From an uncultured Clostridia bacterium (lineage in GTDB: Bacteria; Bacillota; Clostridia; Tissierellales; Dethiosulfatibacteraceae), in the NCBI GenBank assembly GCA_964393495.1, contig CAYMUD010000004.1, positions 6,472 through 30,471 on the forward strand: 24,000 bases of DNA, read 5' to 3'. Below, piece by piece: positions 8,601-17,125 of this stretch. Position numbers and translations under genes: made by a program. Each line of letters begins with the position of its first letter. The stretch's first letter is position 1. The notes below the pieces were generated by a model. The model saw only the letters and a list, made by a program, of their open reading frames with translations. It was not told the DNA's origin and searched no databases.

Positions 8601-9853
8601 ATAAAGCTGAAATCGATAGATTAGTAGATGGTTGTACAGGAGTAAGAAAAACTACAGGTCAACATCCTGGCGGGATAATGATAGTTCCAAAGAACAAAGA
8701 AATATACGACTTTACACCAATTCAATATCCAGCAAACAATAGTAGTTCAGGAGTAATTACAACTCACTTTGATTATCATTCTATATCAGGAAGAATATTA
8801 AAATTAGACATATTAGGTCATGATACGCCAAGTATAATTAGAATGCTTGAAGATCTTACGGGATTCAGTAGTAATAATATTAACTTAGATGATTCTGAGA
8901 CTTTATCTTTATTTAAATCACCAGAAATTTTAGGCTTAAGTAAAGAAGATATAAATTGTGAGGTTGGTACATTAGCAATACCTGAATTTGGAACAGATTT
9001 TGTGAGACAAATGCTTATAGATACTAGACCAAAAACCTTTTCTGATTTAGTTAGAATATCTGGATTATCTCACGGTACAGATGTATGGTTGAATAATGCA
9101 CAAGAGCTAATAAGAAAGAATATAACAACTATAGATAATGTTATATCTACTAGAGATGATATAATGACATATTTAATATACAAAGGCTTAGAAAAAAAAT
9201 TATCATTTAATATTATGGAAAAAGTTAGAAAAGGAAAAGGTGTCACAAGCGAAGAAATAAATAAAATGAAAGAAAAAAAAGTACCGAATTGGTATATTGA
9301 ATCCTGTAAAAAAATTAAATACATGTTTCCAAAGGCTCACGCTGTAGCTTATGTAACAATGTCATTCAAAATAGCCTATTATAAAATCAATTATCCACAA
9401 GCCTTTTACTGCACTTATTTTACTACTAAGGCAGCAGATTTTGATTCTAAACTCATATTAAAAGGTGAATCGAGTATTTTAAGAGAAATGAAAGAAATAA
9501 GTGATAAAGGTAAAGATAAAACTCAAAAAGATAAAAATCTTTACACCGTATTAGAAGTTGCTTTAGAAATGTATAAGAGAAAATTAAAATTTAAAAATGT
9601 AGATTTATATAAATCAGATGATAAAATTTTTAAGATATGTGGAGATTATATTCTTCCACCTCTAATTAGTATTGAAGGTATGGGTCAAAGTGCTGCAAAA
9701 AGTATAGTTGAAGAAAGAACCAAGGGAGAATTTATTTCAATAGAAGATCTAACTAAGAGGTGTAAAATAACCAAAACATCCATCGAAGGACTTAAGGAAC
9801 AAGGTTGCTTAGCTCAAATGGATGAAACAAATCAAATTTCACTTTTTGGTTGA
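5621..9853 (+). CDS. polC: DNA polymerase III alpha subunit, PolC type
   Basis: 1410 aa. It has the PHP motif ELHAHTKMSSMDG, an inserted 3'-5' exonuclease (VFDFETTGL ... HRAVDDSEAT) and the zinc module CPKCKYFE...CPKCSTKL. The start is adjacent to the ispG stop (TAAATG) without an SD. An SD-like GAGGTGA at 5642-5648 has no good start codon downstream in frame. Confidence 0.96.
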   Translation: MQLFNEIEVRKINIYSYLQEIGIDNKIKFESVKISEKSKKIVLDILISGYISLEKLDNLISYIKDKFKDFKVLIENVKSTNINIENKQILSNVEYLINRKYKNHVKSFDKNKMVINDQAVEIHIVSNILKEKMEKDEFNSYIKKILKKFYNTEKNIRFIVDKDEEKINDKIENYITTVKTNSKPSKIKTSNLNSPIIKGKNIKKVPVKINEIREIEGETYCTEGKIISSKSKKLKDKLYLITLKITDFKSSINIKVFLRKEDDLEKYKNIENLSARISGKLSFDKYSKEYVLMADSINLIEQKEREDLYPEKRIELHAHTKMSSMDGMNNFFEIANQAYKWGHKAIALTDHGVIQGFPEAMEVANKIPIKVIYGLEGYLVNDELDLIKNPTNNKLDEEIIVFDFETTGLNSKKDKIIEIGAVKIKNNAIIDKFNQLIDPEIKVPEKIQSLTGITTEMLQDKPLIDKGMKDFFQFIGSCSTLCAHNADFDFGFLENNYNLKKNYTIIDTLELSRRILKNKRRHNLKALTKHFKIELENHHRAVDDSEATAKVLMEFFEILKNKNIENLNGINDYFADKSNIKNAKTFHVIILVKDYIGLKNLYKLVSLSHLKYFYKKPRIPKSILNKYREGLIIGTACEAGELYQGVLRHKKDKEIEEIAKFYDFLEVQPLSNNAFLIANGAVEDLEELAEINKKIIKIGDKLDKMVCATGDVHFLNPYDEVYRRILMYGQGFRDADNQAPLYLKTTDEIIKDFNYLSKEKAEEIIIKNPNKISDMIENIKPIPDGTFPPIIEGSEETLKKLTYKNAERIYGENLPEIVEKRISKELNSIISNGYAVMYIIAHKLVKKSLEDGYLVGSRGSVGSSFVATLSDITDVNPLPPHYICPKCKYFELIDGENIGSGVDLEDKICPKCSTKLNKEGHNIPFEVFLGFKGDKEPDIDLNFAGEEQMVAMKYAETLFGEGYVYRAGTIGTIASKTAYGFVKNYFDEKEKKVNKAEIDRLVDGCTGVRKTTGQHPGGIMIVPKNKEIYDFTPIQYPANNSSSGVITTHFDYHSISGRILKLDILGHDTPSIIRMLEDLTGFSSNNINLDDSETLSLFKSPEILGLSKEDINCEVGTLAIPEFGTDFVRQMLIDTRPKTFSDLVRISGLSHGTDVWLNNAQELIRKNITTIDNVISTRDDIMTYLIYKGLEKKLSFNIMEKVRKGKGVTSEEINKMKEKKVPNWYIESCKKIKYMFPKAHAVAYVTMSFKIAYYKINYPQAFYCTYFTTKAADFDSKLILKGESSILREMKEISDKGKDKTQKDKNLYTVLEVALEMYKRKLKFKNVDLYKSDDKIFKICGDYILPPLISIEGMGQSAAKSIVEERTKGEFISIEDLTKRCKITKTSIEGLKEQGCLAQMDETNQISLFG

Positions 9854-9878
9854 AAATTACCGCAAATCATGCTATAAT
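9850..9878 (+). promoter_or_regulatory. Sigma-A type promoter for rimP-nusA-infB operon
   Basis: TTGAAA (9850-9855), then an exact 17-nt spacer, then TATAAT (9873-9878) with an extended -10 TG (TGCTATAAT, 9870-9878). The -35 overlaps the polC stop codon. Confidence 0.65.
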
Positions 9879-9902
9879 GGTTTGAACTAAAATAATGAAA
9901 TC

Positions 9903-9933
9903 AAGAGTGGGATTGCCCCACTCTTTCTGATTG
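9903..9933 (+). terminator. polC terminator and/or leader attenuator of the rimP-nusA operon
   Basis: The stem is AAGAGTGGG / CCCACTCTT with an ATTGC loop (9903-9925), followed by the interrupted U-tract TCTGATTG. It lies downstream of the promoter above and 11 nt upstream of the rimP SD TAGGAGGA. Confidence 0.5.
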
Positions 9934-9947
9934 TATAGGAGGAATTT

Positions 9948-10418
9948 GTGGGTAAAAGAGAAATCATTAGTAAAACAGAAAATTTACTAAATGAGATACT
10001 GATAGATGAAGATATATACTTAGTAGAGGTAGACTACACAAAAGAAAGTAATATATACTATCTTAGGATTTTTTTAGATACTGAAGATGGTATAACTATT
10101 GATAAATGCTCGGAAGTTAGTAGAATATTAAGCAAAAAATTAGATGAATTAGATTTTATAGAAGAGAGTTATTTTTTAGAAGTATCATCACCAGGTATAG
10201 ATAGACCCTTTAAGTCAATTGAAGATTATAAAAATAATATTAATCAAAAAATCGAAATAAATCTATATGCAAAAAGAGATAATGATAAAATTTTCGTAGG
10301 GAAATTAATAAAAATTGAAGAAGATAATATAACTATTCAATTAGAGGAAAAACCCAATAAAGAATTGGTTTTTAAAATAAATGAAATAGCTAAAGCAAAT
10401 AAACATATAGAATTCTAG
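9948..10418 (+). CDS. rimP: Ribosome maturation factor RimP
   Basis: 156 aa with a GTG start after AGGAGG. The LEVSSPGIDRP motif is present. Position directly upstream of nusA. Confidence 0.93.
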   Translation: MGKREIISKTENLLNEILIDEDIYLVEVDYTKESNIYYLRIFLDTEDGITIDKCSEVSRILSKKLDELDFIEESYFLEVSSPGIDRPFKSIEDYKNNINQKIEINLYAKRDNDKIFVGKLIKIEEDNITIQLEEKPNKELVFKINEIAKANKHIEF

Positions 10419-10427
10419 GAGGTAGAT

Positions 10428-11483
10428 ATGAACAAAGATATGATAAGTGCGTTAAATGAGCTAGAAAAAGAAAAAGGAATATCAAAGGATGTTGTAATTT
10501 TGGCTATGGAAACAGCATTATTGTCAGGATTTAAAAAGAATTATGGTAAAGCAGGAAAAGTTAAAATAGATATAGATAGAGAAAATGGGGATTATACAAT
10601 TTTCACAGAAAAAGTTGTAGTAGAAGAAGTAGAAGATTCTGTAACAGAAATCTCCCTAGAGGATGCAAAAGAAATAAATAAGAAATTAGAGATAGGAGAT
10701 ATCTATAAAAAGGAGCTAAAACCAAAAAAAGAATTTGGCAGAATTGCCGCACAAACATCTAGGCAGGTTATATTACAAAAAATTAGAGAAGCTGAAAGAG
10801 ATAATATATACAATGAATATAACGGACGGGAAAGCGAAATTATAACAGGAATAGTTCAAAGAATAAGTAAAAACAATATATTTGTTAACTTAGGGAAAAT
10901 CGAAGGTATATTAACGGAAAATGAGCAAATACCTAATGAAACATTTAGTCAAGGAGATAGAATAAAAGCTGTTATATTAGACGTTAAGAATACTACAAAA
11001 GGAGCAAATATAACCTTATCTAGAGTGCACCCGGATTTAATAAAAAGATTATTTGAATTAGAAGTTCCGGAAATATACGAAGGAATAATAGAAATCCATA
11101 ATATTTCTAGAGAAGCTGGTTCAAGAACTAAAATAGCTGTTTTTTCTAATGACGAAAATGTTGATCCTGTTGGTTCTTGTGTGGGAAATAGAGGAAGTAG
11201 AGTTAAGGCCATTGTAGATGAAATAAACGGTGAAAAAATAGACATTGTTGTATACGACAAAGACCCTGCAGTTTTCATATCAAATAGTTTGAACCCAGCT
11301 AATACGGTAAAAGTTGAAGTTAATGAAAAAGAAAAAAGCACTGTTGTAGTTGTTCCGGATTTTCAACTATCATTAGCTATAGGAAAAGAAGGACAAAATG
11401 CTAGACTGGCTGCAAAATTAACAGGTTGGAAAATTGATATAAAAAGTGAATCTCAATACCAAGGAGAAATAGAGAAGGAGTAG
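10428..11483 (+). CDS. nusA: Transcription termination/antitermination factor NusA
   Basis: 351 aa. It has an N-terminal domain, an S1 domain (GIVQRISKNNIFVNLGKIEGIL) and two KH domains (VGNRGSRVKAIVDEI; AIGKEGQNARLAAKLTGWKIDI). Confidence 0.97.
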   Translation: MNKDMISALNELEKEKGISKDVVILAMETALLSGFKKNYGKAGKVKIDIDRENGDYTIFTEKVVVEEVEDSVTEISLEDAKEINKKLEIGDIYKKELKPKKEFGRIAAQTSRQVILQKIREAERDNIYNEYNGRESEIITGIVQRISKNNIFVNLGKIEGILTENEQIPNETFSQGDRIKAVILDVKNTTKGANITLSRVHPDLIKRLFELEVPEIYEGIIEIHNISREAGSRTKIAVFSNDENVDPVGSCVGNRGSRVKAIVDEINGEKIDIVVYDKDPAVFISNSLNPANTVKVEVNEKEKSTVVVVPDFQLSLAIGKEGQNARLAAKLTGWKIDIKSESQYQGEIEKE

Positions 11484-11491
11484 CTCTTTTT

Positions 11492-11761
11492 ATGAAAAAT
11501 AAAAAAACACCTTTAAGAAAATGCTTGGGATGTGAAGAAAGATTCCCAAAAAAAGAATTAATAAGAATAGTAAAAGATAAAAAAGGAAATATAATTTTAG
11601 ATAAAACTGGAAAAGCAAACGGAAGAGGAGCATATATATGCAACAATATAGAATGCTTCGATAAAGCTTATAAAAATAAAAAAATCGAAAAAACTTTTAA
11701 ATCTCAATTACCGGAAAATATTTATGAAAGTATAAAAGAAGAACTAAATGAAAATAAATAA
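11492..11761 (+). CDS. ylxR: YlxR/RnpM family RNA-binding protein (DUF448)
   Basis: 89 aa. It has PLRKCLGC...PKKELIRIV...GKANGRGAYIC, the hallmark of the YlxR family. Position between nusA and infB. Confidence 0.9.
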   Translation: MKNKKTPLRKCLGCEERFPKKELIRIVKDKKGNIILDKTGKANGRGAYICNNIECFDKAYKNKKIEKTFKSQLPENIYESIKEELNENK

Positions 11762-12101
11762 AATAGATAATATGATAGGCTTTGCCGTGAAAAGTGGAAA
11801 CATTTCCTTAGGATATAAAATAACTAAGGCTGAGGTTAATAATAACAGAGTTTATTTAATCATTGTAGCTAAAGATGTTTCAAATAATATAAAAGAGAAA
11901 TTAGAAAAATTTATTGGAAATAAAAATATAAATTACATCCAATATAAAACCAAAGAAGAATTAGGGAAATTATTAGGAAAAAAAGAAGTCGGTGTTTTAG
12001 GCATAAAAAATATAAACATGACAAAATATATAATCGACTTAATAAAACAGGAGGTGTCCTATGAGGATATACGAATTATCAAAGATATTAAATGTAACTA
12101 G
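11748..12101 (+). CDS. ylxQ: L7Ae/L30e-family RNA-binding protein YlxQ
   Basis: 117 aa. It has the [20 protein letters not shown]...[10 protein letters not shown] pattern of the L7Ae fold. It overlaps ylxR by 14 nt and infB by 41 nt, through a non-conserved-looking 15-aa tail. Confidence 0.82.
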   Translation: MKINKIDNMIGFAVKSGNISLGYKITKAEVNNNRVYLIIVAKDVSNNIKEKLEKFIGNKNINYIQYKTKEELGKLLGKKEVGVLGIKNINMTKYIIDLIKQEVSYEDIRIIKDIKCN

Positions 12102-14148
12102 TAAGGAAGTTATTAAAGTAGCAAGAGACGAATTTGAAATTCAAGGTTTAAAAAGCCATATGAGTTCTGTAAGTGAATTACAGGCTGCTAAAATACAAAA
12201 GTATTATATCAAAGGGAAAGAATCAGAAGAAAAAAAAGATGAAGTTAAAAAAGAAAAAAAGAAAAAGAATATACAAAAGAAAAAGAGTGTACAAAAGAAA
12301 AATGAATACAAACCTAAAAGACCAAAAAGAGATTTAAGAAAAAAAACCAAAGGTAAAAAAGGTGATTATAAAAGTAAAGATGATGAAGAAAATCCTACAG
12401 AGTTTGAAATAGCTGAAACTATAAGTGTTAAAGAAATATCTGAATTATTTAGAGTTGATTCCAATGAAATTATTAAAAAGTTGATGTCATACGGTGTTAT
12501 GGCAACAATAAATGAAGAAATTGATTTTGACACTGCAGTAATTTTAGCTGAAGAATTTGATTATACAGTTATAAAAAAAGAAGAAGAAAATGAATTTGAA
12601 ATGATGTTAGAAGATCTTGATTTTGAAGATAAGGAAGAAGATTTAAAATTAAGACCTCCAATTATTACAGTTATGGGTCATGTTGACCACGGTAAAACTT
12701 CATTGTTGGATGCTATTAGAGATACTCATACAGCAGACCAAGAAGCTGGTGGAATAACTCAGCATATAGGGGCTTCAGTTATTGAAAAAGATGGTAGAAA
12801 AATGACATTTATTGATACACCTGGACACGAAGCTTTTACAGAAATGAGATCAAGAGGTGCTCAAGTTACAGACATAGCTATTCTTGTAGTAGCAGCAGAT
12901 GATGGAATAATGCCTCAAACAGAAGAAGCTATAAACCATGCTAAAGCTGCAGAGGTTCCAATAATTGTTGCTATTAATAAAATTGACAAAAATAATGCAA
13001 ATCCAGATAGAGTAAAACAAGAACTCACTGAACACGGACTAGTTCCAGAAGAGTGGGGTGGAGAAACTATATGCGTAGAAGTATCTGCATTAAAGAAACA
13101 AGGTATAAAAGAATTACTAGAGATGATTTTATTGGTTGCTGATATACAGGAAATTAAAGCGAATGCAGATAGAGAAGCAGTAGGTGTTATTATAGATGCT
13201 AAGCTTGACAAAGGAAGAGGTCCCGTTTCAACAGTATTATTAAAAAAAGGGACATTACATAAAGGAGACTTTGTTCTAGTTGGTGCTGCATATGGTAAGA
13301 TAAGAACAATGGTAGGTCATAAAGGTGAGAGAATAAATCAAGCTGGACCATCATACCCAGTAGAAATAACTGGATTATCTGATGTGCCTGAAGCTGGAGA
13401 AGTATTATATTCGGTTGAAGACGAAAAATTAGCAAAAAATTTAGCGTCTATTAAAAAAGAAAAAATTAAAGAAGATGAAAATAAAAGGAAAGGTAAAGTT
13501 TCTTTAGAAGATTTATTTGAGCAAATTAAAGATGGTGAAGTTAAAGATTTAAATATAGTTATTAAGGCTGATGTTAGAGGATCTATAGAAGCTGTAAAAC
13601 AGTCTTTAGAAAAATTAAGTATTGAAGAAGTAAAAGTAAATGTTATACATAGCGGAGTAGGTGGAATAAATGAGAACGACGTAATGTTAGCTTCAGCATC
13701 TAATGCTATTATAATTGGATTCAACGTGAGACCTACTAACCAGGCAATAGAACTATCCAAAGCTGAAGAGGTTGAGATTAAAACATACAGAATCATTTAC
13801 AATGCAATAGAAGATATAGAGGCAGCAGTTACAGGAATGTTAGAACCTGAATTCGAAGAAATAATGGAAGGCAGGGCTCTTATTAGAGATATATTTAAAG
13901 TACCTAATGCTGGTACTGTAGCAGGTATATACGTGCAGCAAGGAAGTATAAGCAGAAATTCTCAAATAAGATTACTTAGAAATAACGTAGTTGTGCATGA
14001 GGGTAAAATTTCATCATTGAAAAGATTTAAGGATGATGTAAAAGAAGTGAAAACTGGATATGAATGTGGTCTAGGAATATACAACTATAATGATGTTAAA
14101 AAAGGTGATGTAATAGAAGCTTTTGTAATTAAAGAAGTAGAAAAGTAG
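12061..14148 (+). CDS. infB: Translation initiation factor IF-2
   Basis: 695 aa with SD CAGGAGGTG. G-domain motifs are [20 protein letters not shown] and NKID. There is a K-rich N-terminal linker. Confidence 0.97.
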   Translation: MRIYELSKILNVTSKEVIKVARDEFEIQGLKSHMSSVSELQAAKIQKYYIKGKESEEKKDEVKKEKKKKNIQKKKSVQKKNEYKPKRPKRDLRKKTKGKKGDYKSKDDEENPTEFEIAETISVKEISELFRVDSNEIIKKLMSYGVMATINEEIDFDTAVILAEEFDYTVIKKEEENEFEMMLEDLDFEDKEEDLKLRPPIITVMGHVDHGKTSLLDAIRDTHTADQEAGGITQHIGASVIEKDGRKMTFIDTPGHEAFTEMRSRGAQVTDIAILVVAADDGIMPQTEEAINHAKAAEVPIIVAINKIDKNNANPDRVKQELTEHGLVPEEWGGETICVEVSALKKQGIKELLEMILLVADIQEIKANADREAVGVIIDAKLDKGRGPVSTVLLKKGTLHKGDFVLVGAAYGKIRTMVGHKGERINQAGPSYPVEITGLSDVPEAGEVLYSVEDEKLAKNLASIKKEKIKEDENKRKGKVSLEDLFEQIKDGEVKDLNIVIKADVRGSIEAVKQSLEKLSIEEVKVNVIHSGVGGINENDVMLASASNAIIIGFNVRPTNQAIELSKAEEVEIKTYRIIYNAIEDIEAAVTGMLEPEFEEIMEGRALIRDIFKVPNAGTVAGIYVQQGSISRNSQIRLLRNNVVVHEGKISSLKRFKDDVKEVKTGYECGLGIYNYNDVKKGDVIEAFVIKEVEK

Positions 14149-14156
14149 GTGACAAA

Positions 14157-14519
14157 ATGAAACAAAAAAGACTTTACAGAATAACAGAAGAAATAAAGAG
14201 AGATCTTAGTATTATAATAAAAAAGAAGTTAAATGACCCTAGAATAAGCGAACATATAGCAATTTCCCATGTTGATTTAACAGAAGATTTAAAATTTGCT
14301 AAAATATATATATCATCAATAGAAAGTATGGATAAGAGAAATAAGTTTGCTGATATTTTAAATAATGCAAAAGGTTTCTTAAGAACAGAATTAAGTAAAG
14401 TTTTAAAAACAAGAACTGCACCAGAATTAAAATTTTATGTAGATGAAACTATTGAAAATGGTGTGAAAATAAACAAATTGTTAAATGATATAAAAAAATC
14501 AGAGGTAGAAAATGATTAA
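14157..14519 (+). CDS. rbfA: Ribosome-binding factor A
   Basis: 120 aa with the RITEEIKRDLSIII...DPRI...ISHVDLTEDLKFAKIY pattern. Position directly after infB. Confidence 0.95.
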   Translation: MKQKRLYRITEEIKRDLSIIIKKKLNDPRISEHIAISHVDLTEDLKFAKIYISSIESMDKRNKFADILNNAKGFLRTELSKVLKTRTAPELKFYVDETIENGVKINKLLNDIKKSEVEND

Positions 14520-15483
14520 CCAAGAAAATCTCAAAAAACTAGATTACTTAATTCAAAATTCAAATAAGATAGCTGTAGTAGCCCATGCTGATCCTGATGG
14601 AGACAGCATAGGCTCTATTATGGCATTAAGAGAAATACTTAGAATAATAAATAAAGATGTAGATTTTTATATTAATGGAGATATACCTTTTAACTATAAA
14701 TTTATGAAAGATGTCGAAAAAACTTCTACTTATAAGGAAAATCTTAAATATGATTTATTTTTTGCTTTGGATTCATCCGATAAAGAAAGATTAGGTGAAA
14801 ATTCTTCAATAATAAATAATTCTAATAAGACAGTCTGCATTGACCATCACAAAACAAATCAAGGATACTGCGATTTAAATATAATAGAACCTGACTATAG
14901 TTCTACTGGAGAAATAATATTTGATGTATTCAACCGATTAAATTATGAAATTAATGAGATTGCTGCTGAAAATATATTTATATCGATAATAACTGATACC
15001 GGAAAATTTATATACGATAATGCAGGATACCAAACTTTCGAAAATGTTAGCAAACTCTTAAAAATGAACATAGATAAAAACGAAATAGTAAAAAAATTAT
15101 ATAGTTGTGAACCAAAAAATATTTTCAAATTAAAATCTGATGTATTTAATTCGACAGAATTTTACTTTGAAGACAGAGTAGCATTATCTTGCTTATCTCA
15201 AAAAATTTTAAAAGATTATAGTCTAAGTTTAAAAGATGTAGATGGACTAGTTGAAAGATTAAGAGATATTGAAAACGTAGAAATTTCAATACTCATAAAA
15301 GAATTAAGTTATAATAAATTCAAAATAAGTATGAGATCTTTAGGAAGTGCTGATGTTTCTAAGGTATGTGAAGTTTTTGGCGGTGGTGGACATAAAAATG
15401 CTGCTGGATTTAAAATTAACGACATAGAATATTCTAATTTAAAGAAAAATATAATTGAAGAAGTTGAAAAAAATGCATTATAA
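14512..15483 (+). CDS. nrnA: DHH/DHHA1 family phosphoesterase (NrnA-type oligoribonuclease / pAp phosphatase)
   Basis: 323 aa with motifs HADPDGDSIGS, CIDHHKTN and GGGGHKNAAGF. The rbfA-nrnA-truB order is conserved. Confidence 0.88.
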   Translation: MINQENLKKLDYLIQNSNKIAVVAHADPDGDSIGSIMALREILRIINKDVDFYINGDIPFNYKFMKDVEKTSTYKENLKYDLFFALDSSDKERLGENSSIINNSNKTVCIDHHKTNQGYCDLNIIEPDYSSTGEIIFDVFNRLNYEINEIAAENIFISIITDTGKFIYDNAGYQTFENVSKLLKMNIDKNEIVKKLYSCEPKNIFKLKSDVFNSTEFYFEDRVALSCLSQKILKDYSLSLKDVDGLVERLRDIENVEISILIKELSYNKFKISMRSLGSADVSKVCEVFGGGGHKNAAGFKINDIEYSNLKKNIIEEVEKNAL

Positions 15484-16351
15484 TGGAGTAGTAAATGTAC
15501 TTAAACCTACTGGAATGACATCCCATGATGTAGTAAATAAAATAAGAAAACTAACAGGTCAGAAAAAAGTTGGGCATACTGGTACTTTGGATCCTGATGT
15601 AGCAGGAGTATTACCTATATGTATAGGTAAAGCTACTCGAATTTCTAGTTTTCTAATGAAGGGAAATAAGAAGTATATCTGCGAATGCATTTTAGGTTTA
15701 ATGACTGATACCCTAGATACTTACGGTGAAATAGTTGAAAAAGATGAAAATTTAAAAATAAGTATGGAAGATATAGTAGATGTTATAAAAAAAGCCAAAA
15801 ATATTAATAAGCAAAAGCCACCCATGTATTCTGCTGTTAGGCATAATGGCAAAAAATTGTATGAATATGCTAGAAAAAATCAAGAAGTAAAAGTTAAAGA
15901 TAGAAAAATCAATATATTTGATATACAATTAAAGAGATTTGAAAAAAATAGATTTTTTTTTGAAACAGAAGTTTCTAAAGGAACCTATATGAGAGTCTTA
16001 TGTAGCGATATAGGTAAATTACTAGGCACCTGTGGAACTATGGGGAGATTAATTAGAACAGAATCTAAAGGATTGAATATAGAAGAGAGTTATACATTAG
16101 AAGAATTAGAAGAAAAAGCACTTAATAATGAATTAGATTCTTGTATTATACCTATAGAAAATGCCTTGAAATTAAAATCTATACCAATATCTAAAAATGA
16201 TGTTGAAAAAATAAGAAATGGAGTATTTATAGATATACCAGAAAAATATCAAAATTATGAATATCCTTTTTACATTTTTTCAGAAAATAATCTTTTGGGA
16301 TTAGGAGAATATAGAGGGAATAAGGTAAAATTAAAAAAACAATTACGTTAG
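15473..16351 (+). CDS. truB: tRNA pseudouridine-55 synthase
   Basis: It has GVVNVLKPTGMTSHDVVNKIRK...KVGHTGTLDPDVAGVLPICIGKATR with the catalytic Asp. I prefer ATG 15473 (MHYNGVV...) because family N-termini begin just before this motif. The track start at 15455 is also possible. Confidence 0.93.
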   Translation: MHYNGVVNVLKPTGMTSHDVVNKIRKLTGQKKVGHTGTLDPDVAGVLPICIGKATRISSFLMKGNKKYICECILGLMTDTLDTYGEIVEKDENLKISMEDIVDVIKKAKNINKQKPPMYSAVRHNGKKLYEYARKNQEVKVKDRKINIFDIQLKRFEKNRFFFETEVSKGTYMRVLCSDIGKLLGTCGTMGRLIRTESKGLNIEESYTLEELEEKALNNELDSCIIPIENALKLKSIPISKNDVEKIRNGVFIDIPEKYQNYEYPFYIFSENNLLGLGEYRGNKVKLKKQLR

Positions 16352-16360
16352 GTGATAAAT

Positions 16361-17089
16361 ATGAATGAAAAAATTGTAGCAGCTATTGGTAATTTTGATG
16401 GTGTTCATATAGGACATGATAAAATTATAAAAAAATGTATAGACATAGGAAATAAGAAGAATATTCCTAAACATATTATAACATTTGATTATAATGATAA
16501 TTTTTTTAAAAAATTTGACAAAAGAACTAGAAAAATTTACGGTGAAGTCGGTAAGAAAAAGATTTTAAGTTATTATAATATAGATGGAATAATTAGTATT
16601 AAACTTACAAAAGAAATATCTAATATGGAACCAGAAGATTTTGTTGAAAAAATTTTAATTGAAACTTATAAGATAGACTATATAGTAGCTGGTTATAACT
16701 TTCACTTTGGATACAAGGCAAAAGGAGACATTAATCTATTAAAAATTTTAGGAGAGAAACATAAGTTTGGAGTTAAAATTATTGATGAAGTACTTTATAA
16801 AAATGAAGATGTAAGCAGTACTTCGATAAGAAAACTAATAGAAGCTGGTGAAATTAATAAAGCAAATAAACTATTAATAAATGATTATAAGATTTTCATA
16901 AAGGAACATAAAATACTTTACAGAGAAGAAAAAGAAATACTTATTAAAAAGGGAGATTTTGCTTATCCTAAAGCAGGTAAGTATAGAATACAAGAAAATA
17001 ATTATGTAAGTATTAAAAACGAAAATGGAGAAATATGTTTTTGTTTCAATGACGCCTTTAGTGATGAAGAAATAATATTTAAGAACTGA
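16361..17089 (+). CDS. ribF: FAD synthetase (FMN adenylyltransferase) RibF with a truncated, degenerate riboflavin-kinase domain
   Basis: The N-terminal GNFDGVHIGH and SSTSIR motifs are intact. Only about 70 aa follow the ...ANKLL junction, and the G..GR..G.PTAN kinase motif is absent. I prefer ATG 16361 with AGGTGA at 16350-16355 over the GTG at 16352. Confidence 0.8.
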   Translation: MNEKIVAAIGNFDGVHIGHDKIIKKCIDIGNKKNIPKHIITFDYNDNFFKKFDKRTRKIYGEVGKKKILSYYNIDGIISIKLTKEISNMEPEDFVEKILIETYKIDYIVAGYNFHFGYKAKGDINLLKILGEKHKFGVKIIDEVLYKNEDVSSTSIRKLIEAGEINKANKLLINDYKIFIKEHKILYREEKEILIKKGDFAYPKAGKYRIQENNYVSIKNENGEICFCFNDAFSDEEIIFKN

Positions 17090-17090
17090 G

Positions 17091-17119
17091 TTTACAAAAA
17101 AAAAAAAATATGTTAGAAT
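17091..17119 (+). promoter_or_regulatory. Sigma-A type promoter of rpsO
   Basis: TTTACA (17091-17096), then a 17-nt spacer, then TAGAAT (17114-17119) with an extended -10 TG (TGTTAGAAT). The spacer is mostly an A13 homopolymer (17096-17108). Confidence 0.65.
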
Positions 17120-17125
17120 ACAGTA

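Noticed and set aside
12061-12101. 41-nt overlap of the ylxQ 3' end with the infB start.
   Set aside because: The L7Ae-like homology ends before the overlap. The 15-aa tail is most simply a late stop codon in AT-rich sequence. Nothing indicates programmed recoding.
12223-12376. Lysine-rich, A-rich low-complexity stretch in infB that looks repeat-like. A similar one lies in ftsK at about 22069-22402.
   Set aside because: These are typical flexible linkers of IF-2 and FtsK. They stay in frame with the flanking conserved domains and form no discrete tandem repeat unit.
13338-13796. 152-aa minus-strand ORF inside infB. Similar antisense ORFs lie at 10949-11341, 12915-13211, 13199-13435, 18141-18467, 5326-5616, 6646-6900, 9070-9324, 21915-22151 and 11401-11646.
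   Set aside because: All lie wholly opposite strongly conserved + strand genes. Their S/L/F/I-rich composition mirrors K/E/N-rich sense codons in AT-rich DNA. I noted no SD or promoter for any of them.
15455-15472. Upstream truB start (MKKLKKM...) and the GTG 16352 start of ribF.
   Set aside because: Downstream ATGs (15473, and 16361 with AGGTGA) fit the family N-termini and RBS spacing better. The difference is only 3-6 codons and cannot be settled from sequence alone.
15953-15961. T9 homopolymer inside truB (encodes RFFF).
   Set aside because: It is in frame within an intact conserved gene. There is no sign of a frameshift or of phase-variable architecture.
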